The notes below the pieces were generated by a model, which searched no databases, was not told the DNA's origin, and was given only the letters and a program-made list of their open reading frames with translations. The position numbers and the translations under genes are program-made. This document shows positions 19,592 through 29,655 of a DNA stretch of 64,000 nucleotides, piece by piece. The DNA comes from an uncultured Alphaproteobacteria bacterium (GTDB taxonomy: Bacteria; Pseudomonadota; Alphaproteobacteria; Acetobacterales; Acetobacteraceae), in assembly GCA_963696645.1 (NCBI GenBank), contig CAVOKY010000011.1:470858-534857 (forward strand), given 5' to 3'. Within the stretch, counting starts at the first letter, position 1; each line of letters begins with the position of its first letter.

Positions 19592-21024
19592 CGGATTCCC
19601 TCCTGATCGGTGGGTTCACTGGGCAGCCTGCGACACCGTGCCCGCCGCTCCAGCAGCGCGCTCAGGTCCGCCACCTTGCCGACCGTCTCGATCCTGCCGA
19701 GCAGATCGAACAGCGGCGCGATTTGGCCGGCGCGGCAAGGCGCGCCTGGCGCAGTCTTCGAACTTCTCCCACAACTCCTCGCGTGCTCATCGGCGCGCCG
19801 CCGGGACCGCGCCGCTCGAAATCATCCAGCCGCGAGGCCAGGCGTTGGCCGTCGCGCGTCGTCACCACCACTTCGGCACCCCATTGCAGCGGTGACGCAT
19901 CCGGCATGTCGGGGTGCTCCCGCGCCTCCGTGCGCGCCATCAGCGCGCGGATTGCCGGGTCGAAATGCGCGGTCGCCCTCGAAATGATCCAGCCGCACGG
20001 CGCGGTCGGCCAAGCGCACGTGCCACCGCGTATTGGATGCTGAATTTCGGCGCCCAGTGGCGTGCGCGGGTCGGGGTTGTCGGTGTGTGGCAGGCGGCGG
20101 GCATGCGGCATGATCTCGATCTTCGCCACGCGATCCGGCGTCAGGTCGTGGGTGCGCGCGAAGATGGATCATGCGGTTGATCGAGGCATGCGTGCTGCCG
20201 CAGCACGGATACGGCTTCAGCCCTGGCTCGCCACCGCCTTCGACCTCCAGCGGCGCATACCAATCGGTCGAGGATGCGGTCGGTGTCGTAGGTTCCCGGC
20301 CCGTTGAACACGTCGAGAAATCCCTGCCGATGTTCCAGCGCGGCAGGATTGGCGGTGAAGCCCTGCCTGCACCATCAGCGCCGCGAACAGGCCGTTACGC
20401 GCGGTATGACCGACATGCAGCGGCTTGGTCATGGTGCCGAAATTCGCCTTGAGCCCGGATGCCAGCGAGGCGGCCAACCCCAAGTGCCATTGCGGTCTGG
20501 TCCGGCGTGAAGCGCAGCAGCCGCGCCGCTGCCGCAACGGTGCCGAAGATGCCGAGTGTCGCGGTCGGGTGCCAGCCCTTGTCGTAGTGATGGAAATGCA
20601 CGCCGCGCGCGATGCGGCATTCGGTTTCGAAGCCGACGACATAGGCCAGCGCAAGCTCGCGCCCGGTGCAGCCAAGCTGCTCACCGAGAGCCAGCATCGC
20701 CGGGATCAGCGTCACCGATGGATGCCCACCCAGCGTGCCGGATACATCGTCATAGTCCAGCGCGTGCGACGCTGTGCCGTTGACCAGTGCCGCGTCGAGC
20801 GCACTGGTGCGCCGGTCGCTGGCGAAGATCAGGCTGGGCCCTGGCGCGGTGGCGATGCCCGGCACTTCCATCAGGATGCGCGGGCCGTCCTCCACGATGC
20901 CAGCAAGCGTGACGCCGACCGTGTCGATGAATGCGGCGCGGGTCCAGTCGAGCGCAATGGGCGTAAGGTCTTCGTAGCGCAGGCGATGGATGCGATCGGC
21001 GATCTGGAGCGCGAGCGAAGTCAT
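19588..21024 (-). pseudogene. MmgE/PrpD family protein, paralogue 1, multiply frameshifted
   Basis: ATG 21024 (MTSLALQIADRIHRLRYEDL...). Recognisable pieces are DAALVNGTASHALDYDDV, HFHHYDKGWHPTATLGIFG, LKANFGTMTKPLHVGHTARNG, KPYPCCGSTHASINRMIHL and PDASPLQWGAEVVVTTRDGQ. They are spread over ORFs 20395.., 20217.., 19822.. and 19662... I count at least 5 frame changes. Confidence 0.75.
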
Positions 21025-21068
21025 CCGCGGGGTTCCTTGGCGATAGACCCCCTCCGCAACCCTCCCCC

Positions 21069-21110
21069 GCTTCGCGGGAGAGGGGCGCTGAACTCCCTCT
21101 CCCGCGAAGC
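21069..21110. repeat. intergenic inverted repeat / hairpin (GCTTCGCGGGAGAGGGG ... TCCCTCTCCCGCGAAGC)
   Basis: A 16-17 bp stem with an 8-nt loop, lying between the stop of the flavoprotein gene (21158) and the start of PrpD paralogue 1 (21024). Confidence 0.6.
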
Positions 21111-21157
21111 TGGATTGCTTGGCGAGGGGGTGCGTTCCGTCGCACATACAGTCTCCA

Positions 21158-22642
21158 TCATCCCGCTTCCGCCGCTGCATTGCGCCCGGCAATCCGGCCG
21201 AACGTTGCACCTGAAACCAACCCGGTGCCCGCCGGATAATTGTCGTAGAACAGCCCGCCGATCATCTCGCCGCACGCATACAGCCCCTTCAGCGGCCGCC
21301 AATCCGTGGCGATCACCTGCGTCTTGTCGTTCACCTTCAAGCCACCAAACGTGAAGGTGATGCCGCCCGTCGCGCTGTACGCATAGAACGGCGGCTTCTC
21401 CAGCCTGATGCCCCAGTTGGTCTTCTCCGGCGACAGGCCGCGCGTGGAAATCCCGTCCTTCTTCGTCGGATCGAATCCATCGCCGGCATCGCGCGCCGCC
21501 GCGTTGAACCGATGCAGCGTCCTGATCGCCTGCTCGCGATTGTCGATGTCGATCAGCCCGACCAGTTCCTCCAGCGTGTCCGCCTTGATCGGCTTGCTGG
21601 TGGAATAGCGCGGCTCCAGCAGATGCACGACCTGCTGGTCGAAGATCTGCCAGGCCATCGCGCCCGGCTGCGCCAGAATCGACCGCCCGAACTTCGCATA
21701 GGTGAACAGGTTGGTGTCCTCGCCCTCATCAACGAAACGAAACCCCTGGCGGTTGATCATCACGCCGTAAACGTAGCTCAGCCGGTTGCTCTTGTCGGTC
21801 AGTTCGCGCGGCGCGAACTCGCCCCAGTCGGCGCTGATCGGCGTGGAGTGGCAACCGCTGTACTGCCCCCACGGCATTGCGCCGACCGCGAACGCCATGC
21901 GCAGCCCGTCGCCCTGGTTGTGCGGCGTGCCGCGCACCTTCGCCTGGCCGACCAGCGGCCCAATATGCTGAGTGCGCATCTGCACATTTGCCTCGAAGCC
22001 GCCGCACCCCAGCACCACAGCCTTCGCCGTCAGCTCCTTGATCCCCTCGTCATCGCGCAGCTTCACGCCGCAGATGTGGCCGCGCTTGTCCACCAGCAAT
22101 TCGGTCACCGCGCTGGAATAGCGGATCTCCACGCCCTCGCGCTCCGCGATGTCGAACCAGGAATTCGACAGCCCGACGCCCTCATGCGCGGCGCGCACCA
22201 CCATGCCCGGCGGCCAGTACCAAACATTGCCGCGCTTCACGCCGGCAACGCCGAGCGCGGGCTCCATCGGCACACCCTTCTCATGCATCCAGAACACCGT
22301 GTCGCGCGAGTTCGACACCAGGATATCGGTCAGTTCCGGATCGGCGCGGCCCGATGTGACGCGCATCAGGTCGCCGAGGTATTGCGATCGCGGATACGGA
22401 TTGATGCCGGAATAGAAATCCTCGAACCGCTCCTCGATGCCGGGCAGCAGCGGCGCGATCTCCTTCGGGTCATCGAACGCGAAGCGCAGGATGGCGCCGC
22501 TCCAATAGGTGTTGCCGCCGCGCATCGCGACCGGCGCCTTTTCCAGCGCCACCACGCGCTGCGCACCGTGTTCCCGCGCGGACACCGCGGCGGCAAACGC
22601 CGCATTGCCGGCGCCGACAACGATCACGTCATAATCGGGCAT
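21158..22642 (-). CDS. FAD-binding dehydrogenase (fumarate-reductase/succinate-dehydrogenase flavoprotein-like; TcuA-like)
   Basis: N-terminal dinucleotide fold YDVIVVGAGNAAFAAAVSAREHG. Also LGCGGFEAN, and C-terminal GLYACGEMIGGLFYDNYPAGTGLVSGATFGRIAGRNAA. The overall pattern resembles tricarballylate dehydrogenase TcuA as I recall it. The frame is intact. Confidence 0.75.
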   Translation of the reverse strand: MPDYDVIVVGAGNAAFAAAVSAREHGAQRVVALEKAPVAMRGGNTYWSGAILRFAFDDPKEIAPLLPGIEERFEDFYSGINPYPRSQYLGDLMRVTSGRADPELTDILVSNSRDTVFWMHEKGVPMEPALGVAGVKRGNVWYWPPGMVVRAAHEGVGLSNSWFDIAEREGVEIRYSSAVTELLVDKRGHICGVKLRDDEGIKELTAKAVVLGCGGFEANVQMRTQHIGPLVGQAKVRGTPHNQGDGLRMAFAVGAMPWGQYSGCHSTPISADWGEFAPRELTDKSNRLSYVYGVMINRQGFRFVDEGEDTNLFTYAKFGRSILAQPGAMAWQIFDQQVVHLLEPRYSTSKPIKADTLEELVGLIDIDNREQAIRTLHRFNAAARDAGDGFDPTKKDGISTRGLSPEKTNWGIRLEKPPFYAYSATGGITFTFGGLKVNDKTQVIATDWRPLKGLYACGEMIGGLFYDNYPAGTGLVSGATFGRIAGRNAAAEAG

Positions 22643-22661
22643 TGCGTTTCTTCCCCTTCGA

Positions 22662-24032
22662 TCAGGCGCCGGTTCCGACCAGTGCCATCAATTCGCTCAC
22701 CTGTGGCGGTGCCAGCGTGTCGATCCGTGACGCCAGCGCAATGCAGCGCTCCACCGCATCACTGTGCAGCCGCGTTGCCAGACAATCGCGGACCTTGACC
22801 AAATGGTCCAGCGTCGGCGATCGGCGGCTGGCCCCACATGCCGCGCGGTCCGTCGCAACGCGTCTCCAGTACGCGCCCATCAGCCAGCTCGATCGCCACC
22901 ACCACATGCATCGTCTCGAACCGCGCCGGGATCGACTTGTCCATGCGCAGCATGATCTTCGGCAGCAGCGCCTGCATGTCCGGGTGCGTGCAGGCGGGCT
23001 TCGGTGAACGTGCCGATGCCGACCTTGCCGTCCAGCAACGCGCTGGCCAGCGTGTATTGCAGGCTGAATTTGCCCGACAGTCCGGTGTCCGGTTGCGGCC
23101 GATCGACATAGGCCATCTGCGGCGCGGTCAGCGTCACCGACCGGATCGCCGCCGCATCGGGAATCCGCGGCTGCAGTGTCCAGCCCGGCGGTGATGACGA
23201 AATGCGTGCCGAACTGGCTGGGAAACATCTTGATCGCATAGCCCGGCCGCACCACGCGCCACGGCGCCTGCCCGAACTTCCGCAACTCGTCCGGCATGAA
23301 CGTGCCGCGATGGAACGTTGCGGCGTAGCCCTGCGGCGATTCGAAGGTTGCCGCATCGCCGGTGAAGCCGGCTTCCGCCATCAGCGCCGCCTCCAGCCCG
23401 AGCGAGCCCGCCTGGCCGCAATGCGTCGACTTGGTCATCGTGCCGACATTGCCGAACACGCTGCCGGCGCGCGACGCCGCAATGCCGAATGCATTCGCCA
23501 GCCGCTTCGCATCGAGTCCGAGCAGATGGCCCGCGGCAGCAACCGCGCCCATCGGACCCACCAATCCTGGTGGATGGAACTGCAAAACATCGGGTGTGAA
23601 CTGGCCGGACGCCTCGCGCAGCCAGCCCTGGATTTCGATGCCCTTCACCAACGCGGTCAGCACCTCGCGTCCGGATGCACCGCGCGCTTCTGCCAACCGC
23701 AAGCGCGACCGGCAACGTGGTGGACAGCGCGTGCGTCGCCGGACTCCACATCGGCTCGAAGTCCAGCACGTGCATCGCCGCATCCATTCAGCGCCGCAGC
23801 ACGAACCGGGTCGATGCGGAATCCGCAACCAATGGCGGTGCACAGCGGATCGCCGCCAAGCCTGCGGTAATGCGCGGCCATGATCGGGATCGCGTCCTCC
23901 TCCACCGCACCGGCCAAGCGCGACAGCCAGCCCATCCAGCACCAGCCTGCGCGCCGCAGCCACCGCTTCCGCCGGCAGGTCTTCGAAGCGCGCAGCGGCG
24001 ACGCGTTCGCACAATTCAGCGGTCAGGCCCAT
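22662..24032 (-). pseudogene. MmgE/PrpD family protein, paralogue 2, multiply frameshifted
   Basis: ATG 24032 (MGLTAELCERVAAARFEDLPAEAV...). It continues in other frames as AGAVEEDAIPIMAAHYRRLGG, MHVLDFEPMWSPATHALST, GNVGTMTKSTHCGQAGSLGLEAALMAEAGF and WRVVRPGYAIKMFPSQFGTHF. The C-terminus ends at 22662. I count at least 4 frame changes. Confidence 0.75.
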
Positions 24033-24118
24033 GGTGTTTCCCCCTCCGCTTGCTGGCGTTCCCGCCACACGCCTATGGTTAGCATCGCATCATTGTCGTG
24101 GCGAGCGGGGGACTTCCA

Positions 24119-25526
24119 ATGGACGCGCAGGTAGACCAACAGGTTTCGCCATCGCGCGCGCTTGCCGAATTTGCCGCCGGTCTGCGCTACGACGACATAC
24201 CATCACCGGTGCGCGATCTGGCAAAGCTGCTGATCCTCGATGCAATCGGCTGCGGTCTTGCCGCGACAGGCTACGACTTCGCCAAGGCCACGTTGTCGGG
24301 AGCGCGCGCCCTCGGCGGTGACGGACCCTCCGCGGTAATCGGCAGTACCATTCGTCTGCCGCTGCGCGACGCGGCACTGGTGAACGGTGTGCTGCTGCAC
24401 GGGCTGGATTTCGACGACAGCAATTTCCTCGGCATCCTGCATCCAACCGTCGCCTGCCTGCCCGCAGCATTGGGCGTCGGCGAAGTGCGTGGAGCAAGTG
24501 GTCGCGACATGCTGACCGCGTATGTCGCCGGCATGGAGGCTGCGATCCGCATCGGTGCCGCGGCGCGCGGCATCTTCCACCACATCGGCTTCCACGCCAC
24601 CGGCCTGGTCGCGCATTTCAGCTCGGCAATCGTCGCCGGCAAGCTGATGGGCCTGGATGCGGCGACGCTGGTGCGCGCGCAGGGCATCACCGCCAGCACA
24701 TCAGCGGCCGTGCAGGTCTTCCTGGAGGAAGGCGCGTGGACCAAGCGCCTGCATCCGGCATGGGGCGCGGTCGCCGGCATCACCGCGGCGACGCTGGCGC
24801 AACATGGCTTCTTCGGACCGACGCGCGCCTACGAGGGTCGCTTCGGCTTCTTCGAAACCCATGTGCAGACGCATCTGCATGACGTGGACTACGCGCGGAT
24901 GACCGATGGCCTCGGCAGCGATTGGACGCTGTTGCAGACCGCGGTGAAACCGTATCCCGCCTGCCATTTCGCGCACGGCTGCGCCGAAGCTGCGATCCTG
25001 CTGCATCGGAACCATGGTCTGAAGCAGACCGACATCGCGCGCGTGGTCGCCGCGATCCCCAAGGACACGCTGCCGATCATCGCCGAGCCCGCCGCGCGGA
25101 AGTGCCGGCCAAGTAACGATTACGACGCGAAGTTCAGCGCACAGTTCATCACCGCCGCCTGCCTGTTGCGCGGCCGCTTCGGCCTGGCCGAGCTCACGCC
25201 GGAGGCATTGGAGGATCCGCAGATTCTGGCATTGGCGGCGAAGGTGGAATGCATCGCCGATCCCGATACGGCGTTTCCCGAGTACAATTCCGGCGGTGTC
25301 GAGCGTTACCACCACAGGTGGCGAGACGCACCGCGAGTACATCCGGGTGAACCTCGGTATGGGCGACCGCGCGATGAGCGAAGCGGACATCGTCGCGAAG
25401 TATCGAGCTTCCGCCCGGTTGGCATTTTCCGCCGCGCAGGTCGCACGGCTGGAACAATTGGTGCTGCATCTGGAGGATACATCGGTGGATGTATTGGCGG
25501 ATGCGGTCAGTGGGAGGACAGCATGA
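24119..25526 (+). pseudogene. MmgE/PrpD family protein, paralogue 3, single frameshift near 25303
   Basis: MDAQVDQQVSPSRALAEFAAGLRYDDIP...LHGLDFDDS...VKPYPACHFAHG... After EYNSGGVE the true C-terminus (VTTTGGETHREYIRVNLG...DVLADAVSGRTA*, stop 25524-25526) lies in the frame of ORF 25296..25526. The shift makes the track ORF read through into paralogue 4. Confidence 0.75.
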
Positions 25527-26908
25527 CCATCGCAAAGGACTTGGCGGATCGGATCGCTGGCGTGACGTTCGACGTGCTGCCGGCGGATGCGCTGCATTGG
25601 GCGAAGGTGGCGATCCTGGACACCGTCGGCTGCACGCTGGCCGGCGCCAGCGAGCCGTGCGCGCGCATCGTCGAGCGCGTTACCACGGCCGGCATGCCGA
25701 CGGGGCAGTGCCTAGTGTTCGGCACCGATCATCGCGTGGGGCCGCTCGATGCGGCGCTGATCAACGGCACTGCCGCGCACGCGCTGGACTTCGACGATTG
25801 CAGCAACACGCTTGGCGGCCATCCGTCCGCGCCGATCCTGCCCGCGCTGTTCGCACTGGCCGAGACGCGTGGCGCTGATGGCCGCGCGTTCATCACCGCC
25901 TACGTCGCCGGGTGGGAAACCGAAACACGCATCGCACGCGGCATCAATTTCCATCATTACGAGAAAGGCTGGCATCCGACGGCGACGATCGGCGTGTTCG
26001 GCGCAACGGCCGCATGCTGCCACCTGCTTGGACTGGCGCCTGACGTGACCGCGACCGCCCTCGGGTTGGCAGCAACCTTCTCATCCGGCCTCAAGGCGAA
26101 TTTCGGCACCATGACCAAGCCGCTGCATGTCGGGCACTGCTCGCGCAACGGACTGCTCGCGGCACTGCTGGCGGCGGATGGGTTCACCGCAAATCCCGGC
26201 GCGATCGAGCACCGGCAGGGCTTCCTGCATGTGTTCAACGGCGCGGGGAATTTCGATTCGGATGCGATCCTGCGCGACTGGGGGCAGCCGTGGGACATCG
26301 TGCAGCCCGGCGTGGCGATCAAGCAGTATCCCTGCTGCGGCAGCACGCATCCCGCGGTGGATGCGATGCTGATGCTGGTTCGCGAGCACGGCCTGACGCC
26401 GGCGATGGTCGAACGGGTGGTTTCGTGGACGCATCCGCGGCGGCTCGCGCACACCAACCGGCCGGATCCGCAAAGCGAACTGGACGCCAAGTTCAGTGTG
26501 CAGTACTGCCTGGCGCGCGCACTGCTCGATCGTCGCGTGTCGCTGGAGCATTTCGAGGGCGACAGTTACCGCGACCCGGCAATACGCGCGTTGCTGCCGC
26601 GCATCCATGCGGCGCCGCATCCCGACATGTCGATGGCGAGCACCGAGCACTTCGGTGCGGAAGTGAAGGTGACGCTGACGGATGGGCGCGTGCTGACCGC
26701 GAAGGTCGCACGGCCGCTGGGTCGGGGGCCGGAGAATCCGCTGCCGGTCGATCTGCTGGAGGCGAAGTTTCTCAACTGCGCGACGCGGGCGTTGTCGATG
26801 GATGCGGCGGAGCGGCTGCTGTCGGTGCTGCGTATGCTGGATGGCGCTGCGGACATGCGCGACGCGACGACGGCGATGCTGCCGCAAGCCGCATTGGCGG
26901 CAGACTAG
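25523..26908 (+). CDS. MmgE/PrpD family protein, paralogue 4 (intact)
   Basis: ATG 25523 is preceded by GGAGGA and overlaps the paralogue-3 stop (ATGA). It contains DAALINGTAAHALDFDDC, NFHHYEKGWHPTATIGVFG, LKANFGTMTKPLHVGHCSRNG and IKQYPCCGSTHPAVDAM. Confidence 0.85.
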   Translation: MTIAKDLADRIAGVTFDVLPADALHWAKVAILDTVGCTLAGASEPCARIVERVTTAGMPTGQCLVFGTDHRVGPLDAALINGTAAHALDFDDCSNTLGGHPSAPILPALFALAETRGADGRAFITAYVAGWETETRIARGINFHHYEKGWHPTATIGVFGATAACCHLLGLAPDVTATALGLAATFSSGLKANFGTMTKPLHVGHCSRNGLLAALLAADGFTANPGAIEHRQGFLHVFNGAGNFDSDAILRDWGQPWDIVQPGVAIKQYPCCGSTHPAVDAMLMLVREHGLTPAMVERVVSWTHPRRLAHTNRPDPQSELDAKFSVQYCLARALLDRRVSLEHFEGDSYRDPAIRALLPRIHAAPHPDMSMASTEHFGAEVKVTLTDGRVLTAKVARPLGRGPENPLPVDLLEAKFLNCATRALSMDAAERLLSVLRMLDGAADMRDATTAMLPQAALAAD

Positions 26909-26925
26909 GCCGGACTAGTCAGTCC

Positions 26926-26980
26926 CTGTCATTGCGAGGAGCGCAGCGGTGCCCGGACTTGATCCGGGCAAGCAATCTCG
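26926..26980. repeat. REP-like intergenic repeat copy with internal hairpin
   Basis: ctgtcattgcgaggagcgcagcggtgcccggacttgatccgggcaagcaatctcg. It has the same core as 1476 and 38876, and GCCCGGA-cttga-TCCGGGC forms a small stem-loop. It sits between convergent genes. Confidence 0.7.
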
Positions 26981-27038
26981 TGGAGCACTACGCCCCCGGC
27001 ATCACTCCGTGGCAGCGCCCTTGCACTGACAGAGCGGA

Positions 27039-27903
27039 TCACGCCCGTCCCGAAACCCGCCGCCCGATCTCCAGCGCCGCAAATGACGGAACCGGCCCAG
27101 GCATCAGCCAGCGGAACCCCTGCTCGATCAACTTTTCGACGTTCTTCGCATCGACGTGCGGATGGCCGCACGGCACGTTGTGCTGCTTGCAGATTGCCAG
27201 CACCTCGTTGATCGCCGAGGCCACGGTGGGATGTTCGTACTGCCGCGGATAGCCGAGATCCTGCGACAGATCACCCTCGCCGATCAGCACCACGCCGATG
27301 CCGGGAACCTGCTCGAGCATCTTCGGCAGGTTGGCGATGGCGCGTTTCTCCTCGCACATGATGACCACCAGCACCTCGCCCTGCGGGTTCAACGGCCAGG
27401 TATCGGCGCGCGGGTAATATTCCTGATCGGTCAGGCCCCAGTAGCGCGCGGCGGTGCGCGGAGCGTCGCCGCGCTGGCCGGGCGGATCGTAGTATTTTGC
27501 CTCGCGCGGGCGCGGATAGCGGCAGGCCTGCACCGCGTTGCGCGCATCGTCCACCGTCGATACATGCGGCCACACGATGCCATAGACGCCGATATCGAGC
27601 ACCTGCTTGGCGATCCACTGGCTGTTCTCGCCGCCGTTCGGCGGAATGCGCACGAACGGCGTCACCGTCGGGGCGATCTGAACCGGAGTTCGCGATCTGC
27701 CGCCGGTTCAACATGTATTGCAGGCAGTCGCGCAGCGCCTTGATGTCGTACGGGTTGTGTTCCATCTCGAACACCACGCCGTCGTACGGCGCGCCGCTGA
27801 TGGTCAGCGCATTGCTGATCTCGCCGGGGGAGAACGGCACGAAAGCCGGTTTGCCGGATTCCAGCGCCTTGATCGCGCCGTTCAGCCGCGGGATTTCAGC
27901 CAT
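27039..27903 (-). pseudogene. HpcH/HpaI family aldolase, single frameshift near 27668
   Basis: The N-terminus MAEIPRLNGAIKALESGKPAFVPFSP...VVFEMEHNPYDIKALRDCLQYMLNRRQI comes from ORF 27271..27903. It continues as VTPFVRIPPNGGENSQWIAKQVLDIGVYGIVWPHV...VLIGEGDLSQDLG in ORF 27039..27665. SD AAGGAG. Confidence 0.75.
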
Positions 27904-27918
27904 CGTCAGCTCCTTATG

Positions 27919-28812
27919 TCAGGGTCGCCACGAACAGTTCGTCGACGCCATAGGCTCGTGGAATCAGCTTCTGCTGCGCAGCATAGCGCATCACAATTCG
28001 ATGGCAGGGCGGTTCGCCGCGATGCCGTACGGCTCCGGATCATCACCGACCAGCGCGGTCAGCGGCGACGGAGCCGGCGCGCGAGGCCTGCCCCTTGGCT
28101 TCGATGAACAGCCGCATCAGTTCATCGGCCAGCCATGGGTACTCGGCCAGCAGCGCATCCTTCACCACGACGACATGGTTCACCGGGTAAGCGCCGGTCC
28201 TGCGATACCATGCGGCTGCCGCGACATCCGCAGCCAGGGATCACCGTGCGGATTTGTCCCGGGTCGATGCCGGCAACGGCCAGCGCCGCATCGATCTCGC
28301 CGGTCATCAGCATCGCCCGCAGATCCTGGCCTGCGGCGATGCGCTGCACGAAGGGCGGATCGACGAATTCCTGAACGTGAGCGTCTTCCTCGGTGACCCA
28401 GGTCATCGCATCGGGCGCGACGCCATAGTCGTCCTGCAGTATGCCGCGCACCCACACGCCGGTGGTCTGCGACCAGGCACGCACGCCGATGCGCTTGCCG
28501 AGCAGGTCGGCCGGTCCACGCAACGGTGAGTCACGCCGGCAGATCAATGCGCCGTGGTGGAAGCCCCGCAGCAACACCACCGGCAGCGCGGTGATCGGCT
28601 TGCCGTAGGCGCGTGCCTGCGCGTGCGTCGTCAGCGCGATCTCGCACAGGTCGAATTCCATCGCGCGGGTCATGCGGCGGAACGCGCGCGTTATGCGGAT
28701 CCACATCCACGAAATCGAAGCCTACCCGCTCCGACGCAACAGTGCCGTCCTTCAATGCGCGCACCAGCGGCGACTTGCCGAGCGCGGTGCGCAGGGTGAC
28801 CGGCGTTGTCAC
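27919..28812 (-). pseudogene. 4,5-dihydroxyphthalate-decarboxylase-like (NMT1/THI5-fold, often annotated as ABC substrate-binding) protein, frameshifted
   Basis: GTG 28812 overlaps the upstream stop (GTGA). It contains TPVTLRTALGKSPLVRALKDG, EFDLCEIALTTHAQARAYGKPITALPVV and GKRIGVRAWSQTTGVWVRGILQDDYGVAPDAMTW. The C-terminus ...YGVDELFVATLT* ends at 27919 in another frame. I count at least 3 frame changes. Confidence 0.6.
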
Positions 28813-29624
28813 GGTGCCTTCACCGTCGGATAGATGTCCGCGCCGTAGTGCTTGCGGAATTCCACGATCTGGTCCGGCGGCGGCGCGGCATACGAACAGC
28901 GCTTCGACGTGAAACGCCCACCCATGATGCGGTTCAGCTTCACTGCCATCTCGCCCAGCTTCACCAGGTTGGTGATGCCGTTCAGGATCGGCATGCCATC
29001 CTCGGTCTGGTGAATATCCGCATTCGCCAGCAGTGCCATCACCACACCGCCCGCCGCAATCACCACCTCGGCGCCCGCTTCTGAATTCTGCGCGCGCGGC
29101 GCGATTGAACTGCGCCACGATGCGGTCGCGCGCCTCGCCCGGATTTCGAACCCGGCGCCCAGATCGGTCAACCGGTCGATCGCCATGCGGTTCACCGCCG
29201 CCAGCCGATCCTTCAGCCCGTAGCGCATCACGTTCTCCACGATGCGCGGGGTGAACTTCTCGTTGATCGTCACCAGCGAAAAGCTGGCGCCCATCATGCA
29301 CGCGACGTGCATCGCCGATTCGCACAGTCCCAGCACCGGGATGTCGGCGATCTCGCGTGCCTCGCGCAGGCCGGGATCGGCGATGTTGCCGATCAGGAAC
29401 GCATCGAATCCCTCGTGCACCGCGCGGTGCACGTTCTTCAGTACCTCGCCGGTCTCCAGGTACTCCAGGTAGCGGAACTGGTCGCCCACGCCGCCGATCT
29501 CGGTGATGCCGGCGACATGGATCTCGGTGTCCGGATCACGCACCTTGTCGAGGATGCCGCGCAGCACCCGCGGATAGCCGCCCCATTCGGTCTGGCGCGA
29601 CATGCTCTGATACCAGAGTTTCAT
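28809..29624 (-). CDS. Asp/Glu/hydantoin racemase family-like protein (ORF open, but with a short out-of-frame segment)
   Basis: ATG 29624 with SD GGAGGGA. It contains MKLWYQSMSRQTEWGGYPRVL..., FDAFLIGNIADPGLREAREIADIPVLGLCES and VVIAAGGVVMALL. Between about 29150 and about 29095 the in-frame peptide EIRARRATASWRSSIAP looks non-native. An alternative frame there reads NPGEARDRIVAQFNRAARA. Confidence 0.6.
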   Translation of the reverse strand: MKLWYQSMSRQTEWGGYPRVLRGILDKVRDPDTEIHVAGITEIGGVGDQFRYLEYLETGEVLKNVHRAVHEGFDAFLIGNIADPGLREAREIADIPVLGLCESAMHVACMMGASFSLVTINEKFTPRIVENVMRYGLKDRLAAVNRMAIDRLTDLGAGFEIRARRATASWRSSIAPRAQNSEAGAEVVIAAGGVVMALLANADIHQTEDGMPILNGITNLVKLGEMAVKLNRIMGGRFTSKRCSYAAPPPDQIVEFRKHYGADIYPTVKAP

Positions 29625-29655
29625 GCGATCTCCCTCCGGCGCGCGGGCTCGGCAT

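Noticed and set aside
21512-22798. 428-aa + strand ORF
   Set aside because: It is antisense to the intact TcuA-like flavoprotein gene. It is an Arg/His-rich shadow ORF.
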